The position numbers and the translations under genes are program-made. DNA of 36,407 nucleotides. Source: Candidatus Enterousia sp. (GTDB lineage: Bacteria > Pseudomonadota > Alphaproteobacteria > Rs-D84). The notes below the pieces were generated by a model, which was not told the DNA's origin, did no database searches, and was given only the letters and a program-made list of their open reading frames with translations. Numbering within the stretch: the stretch's first letter is position 1; each line of letters begins with the position of its first letter. The DNA lies in contig JAZLDK010000071.1 in the NCBI GenBank assembly GCA_045614725.1, positions 1 to 36,407 of the forward strand, in the 5' to 3' direction. Shown in pieces: positions 16,073 to 22,650 of the stretch.

Positions 16073-17638
16073 ATGGTTCAATTCTTAGATAAAAATTCTG
16101 GGTTTAATCAGTGGAACGCTAACAAGGATGCCACGGCCAAGAAATCTGGCTTTTCGGGTTTCCTTTGGTGGATGGGTATGTTTTTCCTGGCCTGGTGGGC
16201 GGTTGGTTTGGTCATGTCGCCGAAACAGGCACCAATCGCAGCCGACGAAGAAGTTGTGGCACTTGACCTGTCTGGTGTGCCAGCAACAAACATAGACTCG
16301 GATGTGATTGATGCCACGGTCCAGGGCATTCGTATTTCGGATATTCGCCTAAATAATTATCCGACATCCGCTTCGGATTCTGCGCCTGTATCGTTATTGG
16401 GCGCGGATGATAATTACATTGAAATAGGTCTGTTGGGTAATGGTACGGTTGCGCCCAGTGCGACAACCGTATGGAATGGTGACAATGGCACATATACATG
16501 GCGTGCACCCCATGGTGTGACATTTGAACGCGCCATCACCGCGGACGGATATATTATCACGGTCACGGATACAATTAAAAATGCATCCGCCCAGGATTTA
16601 TCTTTTGCCCCATACGCGCATATTGTTCGCACCAACAAGAACGGCGCATCATCGGGTGTAAACACGGGCGCAATAACCTATGCAAATTCCGACCTTGAAA
16701 CGCGTGCATGGCATAAACTGAACAAAAAATCATATGCGTATACCACAACACACGGTTTCACAGGTTTTGCGGACCAGTACTGGCAAACCGTCGTATCAAT
16801 CGACAGTCCCGACCAAACAATCCGTGTCAAGAAAACGGGTGACAACTATACCGCAGATACCGCGGCGGGTGCCGTCACCATTCGCGCGGGTGATACTGGT
16901 TCGATTGTCTCGCACATATTTGCCGGCCCCCGCGACCAGAAAATCTTGAACGCGGCCGAATCCAAGATTGCGGGTATATCGGAATCGATTGATTATGGTT
17001 GGTTCTGGTTCTTGGCGCGTCCGATGTTGTGGCTGTTGAATGCGATTAATTCAATCGTAATGAATTATGGTGTTGCGATTATTATCATGACATTGTTGTT
17101 GCGCCTGTGCATATGGCCACTTACGCGTAAGTCCTATACCAACATGGCAACTATGCAAAAAATGCAACCGGAAATGCAGCGCATTCAAAAACTGTATGCG
17201 AATGACAAGGTTCGCCTTCAAATGGAAATGATGAAACTGTATCAAACGCACAAGACTTCGCCAATGGCGGGATGTCTGCCCATGCTGATTCAGATTCCAA
17301 TATTCTTTGCACTGTACAAGGCGCTGTTGGTATCGGTCCAGATGCGTAATGCGCACTTCTTGTGGATATCAGATTTGTCCGCGATGGATCCATATTTTAT
17401 TCTGCCGATATTGATGGGTGCAACAATGTGGGCCCAGCAATATTTACAGACCGCAAAATCGCGCGTTAAATCCGATGCGAATGACACAATCGCCCAAACG
17501 CAAAAGATGATGCGCTGGATGCCGATTTTGTTTACGATAATGTTTGCATGGATGCCGGCGGGTTTGGTTCTTTACTGGACCGTATCAAATGTGCTGGGGA
17601 TTATTCAAATGCAGATTATCAAAAAGAAGCATAAATAA
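16073..17638 (+). CDS. yidC: Membrane protein insertase YidC
   Basis: An N-terminal TM helix and a large periplasmic domain are followed by the conserved C-terminal 60-kDa insertase core (LLLRLCIWPLTRKSY..MQKMQPEMQRIQKLY..NPMAGCLPMLIQIPIFFALY..PAGLVLYWTVSN). Confidence 0.92.
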   Translation: MVQFLDKNSGFNQWNANKDATAKKSGFSGFLWWMGMFFLAWWAVGLVMSPKQAPIAADEEVVALDLSGVPATNIDSDVIDATVQGIRISDIRLNNYPTSASDSAPVSLLGADDNYIEIGLLGNGTVAPSATTVWNGDNGTYTWRAPHGVTFERAITADGYIITVTDTIKNASAQDLSFAPYAHIVRTNKNGASSGVNTGAITYANSDLETRAWHKLNKKSYAYTTTHGFTGFADQYWQTVVSIDSPDQTIRVKKTGDNYTADTAAGAVTIRAGDTGSIVSHIFAGPRDQKILNAAESKIAGISESIDYGWFWFLARPMLWLLNAINSIVMNYGVAIIIMTLLLRLCIWPLTRKSYTNMATMQKMQPEMQRIQKLYANDKVRLQMEMMKLYQTHKTSPMAGCLPMLIQIPIFFALYKALLVSVQMRNAHFLWISDLSAMDPYFILPILMGATMWAQQYLQTAKSRVKSDANDTIAQTQKMMRWMPILFTIMFAWMPAGLVLYWTVSNVLGIIQMQIIKKKHK

Positions 17639-17644
17639 ATTAAA

Positions 17645-17675
17645 ATCCGCTGAATTATATCAGCGGATTTTTTTA
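17645..17675. terminator. Bidirectional terminator shared by yidC (+) and the convergent small ORF (-)
   Basis: An 8-bp stem (ATCCGCTG / CAGCGGAT) is flanked by an A run on the 5' side and a T run on the 3' side. The stop codon of the minus-strand ORF lies within the hairpin. Confidence 0.8.
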
Positions 17676-17995
17676 TACAACCCAAACGGTGTTTGTATTC
17701 GCACATCACGTATGCCGATTGCGCGCTTGGTCATTTCCACACAGGTGCGCGCCCCACGCGCCGTAAAGTCATGTGCCAGATTGCGCGGCAAATATACAAA
17801 CCGCCACCCATATTGACCAAGTATTTTTATATCGCGCATACTAAGTGGAATTTTTTGAATATTTCCCCGCCGCACAAATTGCAGCATTATCATATTATTG
17901 TTGCAGACGATTATCGGCGCGACATGTTTATATTTTCTGCAAAATAATTTTGGGATAAACCTGCTGGTTTTTCGTGAAAAGGCAATGATAATCAT
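17660..17995 (-). CDS. Hypothetical basic protein (111 aa from ATG 17995; the longer 145-aa form would start at 18097)
   Basis: ATG 17995 is preceded by an RBS (AAAGGA, 7-nt spacing). The longer form would overlap the upstream gene and read through a GC hairpin. I recognise no family. A His (KYKHVAPII) upstream of a Cys (ARTCVEMTKRAIGI) is loosely reminiscent of permuted papain/NlpC-P60-like hydrolases, but that is speculative. Confidence 0.45.
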   Translation of the reverse strand: MIIIAFSRKTSRFIPKLFCRKYKHVAPIIVCNNNMIMLQFVRRGNIQKIPLSMRDIKILGQYGWRFVYLPRNLAHDFTARGARTCVEMTKRAIGIRDVRIQTPFGLYKKIR

Positions 17996-18053
17996 GTGAA
18001 ATCCTTTGTGTTTTTTATTTGCGGGGCAGGGCATGCCCCGCGCCGAATAAAAC

Positions 18054-18401
18054 CTAATCAATCCATCCATGTTTTTTTGCTGCGATATTAATAACATTCA
18101 TTGCATTGTTCCATTGTGCGGCGGCGCGGTTTTCACTCCATATATGCTGATGGGGTGCGCGTCTTTTATCTCCAAATTTTTTCATAATTTCTAATTGTTC
18201 GTCTGTTAATTTTCCGGCCAGATAAAGTTTAGTAATCATTGTTTCCACATCCACCAGTTCGCATGGTCGCCGTGTTGGGTTTGCTCGCATTTGTGTAAAA
18301 CTGTTGCGCACAGATTTAGAATATAAAAACCAGAACCACAATTGTTCTGCGCTTTGAAATTTTTCTGATGCGTTTTCTGTGATGGTATTAAGTTGTGTCA
18401 T
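18054..18401 (-). CDS. Hypothetical small helical protein (115 aa)
   Basis: It has a strong RBS (AAGGAGA, 9 nt before the ATG at 18401). The sequence looks helical and soluble (…SAEQLWFWFLYSK…RRPCELVDVETMITKLYLAGKLTDEQLEIMKKFG…). I recognise no family. Confidence 0.55.
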   Translation of the reverse strand: MTQLNTITENASEKFQSAEQLWFWFLYSKSVRNSFTQMRANPTRRPCELVDVETMITKLYLAGKLTDEQLEIMKKFGDKRRAPHQHIWSENRAAAQWNNAMNVINIAAKKHGWID

Positions 18402-18429
18402 GTTTTCTTTCTCCTTTTTTTATCCGTGT

Positions 18430-18449
18430 TATATATATATATATATATA
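18430..18449. repeat. (TA)10 dinucleotide microsatellite
   Basis: Perfect TATATATATATATATATATA, 29-48 nt upstream of the minus-strand ATG at 18401. Confidence 0.95.
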
Positions 18450-18596
18450 ACAAGAAAAGATTCCTGTGAATCATTACAACCGATGGTTGAAGTTCGAATC
18501 GAAAATCCGATTCAAAATGCGAATTTTTGTTTCGCGTTACGAATCGAAAAATTTATCCATAATCAATTTTTTTCATTTTTTATCCTTAAATAAAAA

Positions 18597-18613
18597 ACGC
18601 GCCATTGGCGCGT
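18597..18613 (-). terminator. Second of two tandem terminators after virB10
   Basis: An ACGCGCC / GGCGCGT stem (loop ATTG) is followed by a T run on the minus strand. Confidence 0.65.
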
Positions 18614-18641
18614 AAAAAATATTTTACATATCTTGATAAAT

Positions 18642-18663
18642 AAACCCGCCATTGGGCGGGTTT
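18642..18663 (-). terminator. Rho-independent terminator immediately after the virB10 stop
   Basis: A 9-bp stem (AAACCCGCC / GGCGGGTTT, loop ATTG) lies 3 nt from the stop codon and is followed by TTTATTTAT on the minus strand. Confidence 0.8.
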
Positions 18664-18665
18664 AT

Positions 18666-21056
18666 TTATATCAGTGGCGGGAAACAATCGCCCCCGGTTG
18701 TCGGGCAACAGTTAAACCCATCTTCACCCATATCGGTATAAACTTCGCCGGCACAGCACCCAAATTGATCGGGTGGATTACCATCTTCACAGGTTAAAAT
18801 GGCCTCTTGTGTGCCGCTGCTGGACGAAGAAGCATACGGATTTTTGACTGTTCCGTCAGCATTATACTGAATCCCCAGTATTTCTTCGTTAAATTGCTGT
18901 TCGTTCATATCATTAATTTTCTGGTCGTATTGTGCCTTTTGGTCGGCCTTATAGGCATCGTATTGCAATTCCTTTTTGGATTGATAGTTTAATGAATCGC
19001 ACCACAATTTAAGTGTCGCGTACGAATACCCACCACATGGATTTAATTCACCGTTCTCGCCTTTTGCGCATGCGGGCTTCACACGCCACAGACCGTCAAC
19101 ATCCTCGCAGAACTGTTCGTTGCCCGCCGCCATCCACGAACGCGCCTGACCAATCCAAGAGTCATCATCTGCCGGGGTTAGTTCACTGTTCTTAACATCC
19201 TTACCCCAATCGCGACGTTTGTCGTTTACTGTGTTGTTGTCGCCTTCTGAAAGTGTGCACTTGTCATTTCCGGTACATGCGACCTGTAAATCAACCGGTG
19301 AATAAACCGTTATGCGCGTTCCGGCCGGAATTGTGAATGGCGGAACCGTGTTATCCATCATATCAACCAACAGTTTCTGTGCCACGCTGTTCCATGCGGT
19401 GATAATTTCATTCTTGGCCAATTCGGACGAGCGGATTTTACCGCTTTGTACGACCGTGTTATTATCCAAATCAATTTGATTTACAAATGCATCCGCCACC
19501 GGATTAATCAGGTTAATCGTCGCCGGCACAAACGCGGTCAGCATCGGCATAACAAATTGTTCCAAATAATCGGTACTGCCACGACCGGGCACACCCACAC
19601 GTCCCTGCGCATCGGCCGAGAATGGGTCTTGTTCTTTGTCAAAATTAAACTCCACACCATTTGGCAAAATAAATTGATACCACTTAATTTCCATGCGACC
19701 AATTGCCTTGTAAGGTCCGGGGATTTTGCCGGTCACATATCCCATCAATAATGTACCCGCCGGAAGAATAACGGTACGGCCATTATCGGAATATACATTC
19801 CTGTCAACCGTTGCACGCACGGGCAGGGACCCCTCGCTTTTCAGCATTTCTATATCCGCACGAACATCCGATACGATTGTTGCAGGAATCGGTTTAAATT
19901 GTCTAAGCACAAAACTGCGATCATATGGTTGTGTTGAAACCACGGCTGTGCCGGTCGTGCCGTATATCACATCCTTGACCTTGGCCGGTTTTACGATGCC
20001 GCCGTTTGATTCAGGGGCAATACTGCTGCCGCGGCTGTTGCTTGGTGTTTCGTTTTGGCGCGCACGATTAACCGATTTTGTTCCTTCTTCTGTGCGCTGT
20101 GCCCATTCAGGTAATCTGCCGCCGGATATTGCAACATATCCGATATGTTCTGCATCACTGCCAATTTTACGGCCACGATTATTAATATCCATAATTAAAC
20201 CAGAATCTGGATTATATATACCCGTCGGATCGTCGCTGCAATCCGTATCAGAAAACGGATGAAAATAGTATGCGCCACCCTTTGGTTTAATCCAGCCACT
20301 TTGATTCCCCGCCAGATTGTATCCCGGGAACGCAAATTCAGAACAAGGTTCGCTTAAGTCAGCGGGCATGCGCTGTGGTTTTTCAAATGGGTCGCCGGCC
20401 GCAATATCATCTACTGCCCTAACAACGGGTTGTGGTTCCGGTTCAGGCTCAGGTTCAGGCTCAGGTTCAGGCTCTGGTTCAGGCTCTGGCTCAGGCTCTG
20501 GTTCAGGCTTTGGCTCTGGGATAACGACAGGTGTTGGTTCGTCGTTGATTTCGGTTGTATATGCACCAATTGCCACAGGAATTGTTGAAATTTCCGACAT
20601 TTCCGGCGCGGCCTGTTCTGCATACCATTCGATTTCAATGGGAATATCGATTGTGTCCATTTCAATCGTTGGCGCAAATTTTACAATTATATCACAACTA
20701 AGATCTTCATTTATAAAGCCGGCACTTTCGCAAGTATTTGTGACTTCAAGGCCATCTACCTCGGGCTTTGATACGGCCTTGATACTGACCGAAGAATTTG
20801 TGGTCACGATAATTTTTTGTTCTTTGGTTTGTCCAACAAGTACCTCGGGCCAATTAATTTCGTCCGGTGTTATTTTTATATTGACCGCTGAATCCTCGCT
20901 TGTTTCTGGCGGCAATTCGACATTTGTCTTTTTTTGCCCCATCAACAGTGTCAGCAAGATAATTACAACAACAAACGCGACACCCAGCAACAACCATCGC
21001 ATATGCTTTGGCATATTATTCAACAGTTCTGATATTTGTTGTTTCAGTTTATTCAT
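18666..21056 (-). CDS. virB10: VirB10/TrbI-family type IV secretion core protein, greatly expanded (796 aa)
   Basis: It has a short cytoplasmic N-terminus, one TM helix (WLLLGVAFVVVIILLTLLM) and a Pro-rich tract (PEPK(PE)12PQP). The TrbI/VirB10 beta-barrel core reads ...PYDRSFVLRQFKPIPATIVSDV..LPVRATVDRNVYSDNGRTVILPAGTLLMGYV..RMEIKWYQFILPNGVEF..ADAQGRVGVPG..FTIPAGTRITVYSPVDL. Extra N-terminal, middle and C-terminal segments are present. ATG 21056 with RBS AAGGTGGGG is preferred over 21077. Confidence 0.85.
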   Translation of the reverse strand: MNKLKQQISELLNNMPKHMRWLLLGVAFVVVIILLTLLMGQKKTNVELPPETSEDSAVNIKITPDEINWPEVLVGQTKEQKIIVTTNSSVSIKAVSKPEVDGLEVTNTCESAGFINEDLSCDIIVKFAPTIEMDTIDIPIEIEWYAEQAAPEMSEISTIPVAIGAYTTEINDEPTPVVIPEPKPEPEPEPEPEPEPEPEPEPEPEPEPQPVVRAVDDIAAGDPFEKPQRMPADLSEPCSEFAFPGYNLAGNQSGWIKPKGGAYYFHPFSDTDCSDDPTGIYNPDSGLIMDINNRGRKIGSDAEHIGYVAISGGRLPEWAQRTEEGTKSVNRARQNETPSNSRGSSIAPESNGGIVKPAKVKDVIYGTTGTAVVSTQPYDRSFVLRQFKPIPATIVSDVRADIEMLKSEGSLPVRATVDRNVYSDNGRTVILPAGTLLMGYVTGKIPGPYKAIGRMEIKWYQFILPNGVEFNFDKEQDPFSADAQGRVGVPGRGSTDYLEQFVMPMLTAFVPATINLINPVADAFVNQIDLDNNTVVQSGKIRSSELAKNEIITAWNSVAQKLLVDMMDNTVPPFTIPAGTRITVYSPVDLQVACTGNDKCTLSEGDNNTVNDKRRDWGKDVKNSELTPADDDSWIGQARSWMAAGNEQFCEDVDGLWRVKPACAKGENGELNPCGGYSYATLKLWCDSLNYQSKKELQYDAYKADQKAQYDQKINDMNEQQFNEEILGIQYNADGTVKNPYASSSSSGTQEAILTCEDGNPPDQFGCCAGEVYTDMGEDGFNCCPTTGGDCFPPLI
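20433..20519 (-). repeat. In-frame hexanucleotide tandem repeat (GGYTCW)n encoding PEPK(PE)12P in VirB10
   Basis: On the + strand the sequence reads GGTTCAGGCTCAGGTTCAGGCTCA... for about 14 units. Translated on the minus strand it gives alternating Pro-Glu. Confidence 0.95.
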
Positions 21057-21098
21057 CCCACGACCCCACCTTAACAAATTGCGTTCTAAATTATGTAA

Positions 21099-22628
21099 TT
21101 ATTGCATTCTTACAACATTGCAACTGGTGCCACTGAACTTTAACAGTTTGTCGCACAAAGTCTGTGCCGTATCGATATCAGTCAATGGCCCAATGCGCAA
21201 ACGATACAGTTGTGCGGTGGATGAAGATGCACCCAAATCACCAACGCCTTGGTCATCAACCGCAAAGAATACTTTGTCTTCATATGGTGTCAGCAATCCC
21301 ACCCCATTATCGCCACTGAACTTGGCGCGCAATTTATTCCAGTAATCTTCCAGTGCAGATACCGTTGTATCGGAACGCAGTTCCACCGCCACACCCAACT
21401 GGTTATTGGTAATCAATGGGATGTTCGTCTGGGGCAAATATGCGCCCGCTGTATTACGCTGTGTTGGCAACATATTTGCAACACTGCCATTGCCCGTCTG
21501 TGGTGCGGTGTATCCCGCCGGCATATAATACCCCGCCCCTGTGTTTGGATTAACGGTTGCGGTATTGCCCATAAACACAGGTGTGCCCGTGTAATTTGTT
21601 CCCATGCTCATTGCGGCCATATCGGCGGTATAGGCAATGTTGTTCAATGATTGGCCCGACAACATGCTTTGTGCTACATTCGCCTCGGCCAGGGCCATAA
21701 CAGATGCAGTGTCTGCAATCAAGAATGGCTTCTCGCGCTTTTTGATACAAACAATTCGTTGTCCGCTGCGCAGAACCATATCGCCAACCGCCTCTACAAT
21801 CAACAGGCGACCATCTTCGCCGTCTGTGCGGAAACCGACCGGAGACTCGCCCCCTTCAACCAGCAGCGACACAACCGGTCTTTGTGTCATGGCGATAACT
21901 TTGTCGCCAAAGTCGATATATGTAAAGATTCTGTCGCGCCATACGCGTTCAGGTGCGATAACATAATCGTCCGGATTTGGAACAAAAATATCCAAATCAA
22001 AACGGAATTCCGATGGGTCAATCTTCATAGATTTAATCCAACCATAATCTTCACCGTCAACCCCAACTGTGTTGGTTGCCGCGGCTGGTGCCTTTTTGAA
22101 TATAGAACCCGAAGCACCCGTTGTTGGCTGGGCACCCATCATAGGCAATGCGCCATTACCATCCAGAACAATATCGACCTGGGAATATGTAATTTCGCTT
22201 GAATTGGATGGTTCCGCCCGCAGATAGAAAACATAACGATTGCCGGATGCGCCCGTCACAATCATATTTGTATCCGAACCCTGATTGCTTGCTTTGGGCG
22301 ATATGAACATTGTTCGTTCGCCCTGAGTTGCATCAATATCAAACTGACCTGTGTCACCAACCTGGGCATCAACAATCTGTTCGCCGTTTGGCAGTGTCAC
22401 CATTGTAATCATGCCGTTGCGTAATTTGATTGGCAAAACCGCGCCCGTTGACCAAGACAGTTGTGCGTATCCAGGCTTGGAACTGCCCATTGCCATGTTT
22501 GCGGTTGGATTGTCCCATGCCTCTTGTATGCCATACGAGGTCCCAGCCTCGGCATATGCGGACACACTAAGTGTTGCCGCCAAACACAGTGTCAGCATAT
22601 TAAACTTAAATAATTTTGCCATTGTCAT
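21099..22628 (-). CDS. virB9: VirB9/TrbG/CagX-family type IV secretion core protein with a C-terminal extension (509 aa)
   Basis: Signal peptide MTMAKLFKFNMLTLCLAATLSVSAYA. The N-terminal VirB9 domain (LPIKLRNGMITMVTLPNGEQIVDAQVGDTGQFDI...MFISPKA...NMIVTGASGNRYVFYLRA) and the C-terminal VirB9 domain (APERVWRDRIFTYIDFGD...VSLLVEGGESPVGFRTDGEDGRLLIVEAVGDMVLRSGQRIVCIKK) align by eye with A. tumefaciens VirB9. About 200 further residues follow. Confidence 0.85.
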   Translation of the reverse strand: MTMAKLFKFNMLTLCLAATLSVSAYAEAGTSYGIQEAWDNPTANMAMGSSKPGYAQLSWSTGAVLPIKLRNGMITMVTLPNGEQIVDAQVGDTGQFDIDATQGERTMFISPKASNQGSDTNMIVTGASGNRYVFYLRAEPSNSSEITYSQVDIVLDGNGALPMMGAQPTTGASGSIFKKAPAAATNTVGVDGEDYGWIKSMKIDPSEFRFDLDIFVPNPDDYVIAPERVWRDRIFTYIDFGDKVIAMTQRPVVSLLVEGGESPVGFRTDGEDGRLLIVEAVGDMVLRSGQRIVCIKKREKPFLIADTASVMALAEANVAQSMLSGQSLNNIAYTADMAAMSMGTNYTGTPVFMGNTATVNPNTGAGYYMPAGYTAPQTGNGSVANMLPTQRNTAGAYLPQTNIPLITNNQLGVAVELRSDTTVSALEDYWNKLRAKFSGDNGVGLLTPYEDKVFFAVDDQGVGDLGASSSTAQLYRLRIGPLTDIDTAQTLCDKLLKFSGTSCNVVRMQ

Positions 22629-22650
22629 ACCAATCCTTCCGTTCTTTATT

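Noticed and set aside
17660-18401. Reading the two small adjacent genes as a toxin-antitoxin pair
   Set aside because: I could recognise no toxin or antitoxin fold motif (no PIN, RelE, MazF, HEPN, MNT or HTH-Xre signatures). The genes are separated by 58 nt with a hairpin rather than overlapping, and both products are larger than typical antitoxins. The evidence is insufficient.
18402-18665. A chromosomal replication origin (three DnaA-box-like TTATCC elements plus an AT-rich (TA)10 tract)
   Set aside because: The boxes match only 7-8 of 9 positions of the E. coli consensus. The gene context (no dnaA, hemE, parAB or gidA neighbours) is wrong for an alphaproteobacterial oriC, and the region is short. 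I retained it only as a repeat-rich regulatory spacer.
20433-20519. A tandem repeat that might be taken for a CRISPR array or a VNTR locus
   Set aside because: The units are 6 bp with no spacers, and they lie in-frame inside virB10. This is a coding Pro-Glu repeat, not a CRISPR array. No cas genes are present in the window.
20317-21345. A 342-aa + strand ORF with a striking (GS)n repeat (…GSGSGSGSGSGSGS…)
   Set aside because: It is the antisense shadow of virB10 and the virB9 3' end, and the GS repeat is simply the reverse-complement reading of the (PE)n hexanucleotide repeat. It has no RBS and no family signal, and the opposite strand has strong VirB10 and VirB9 homology.
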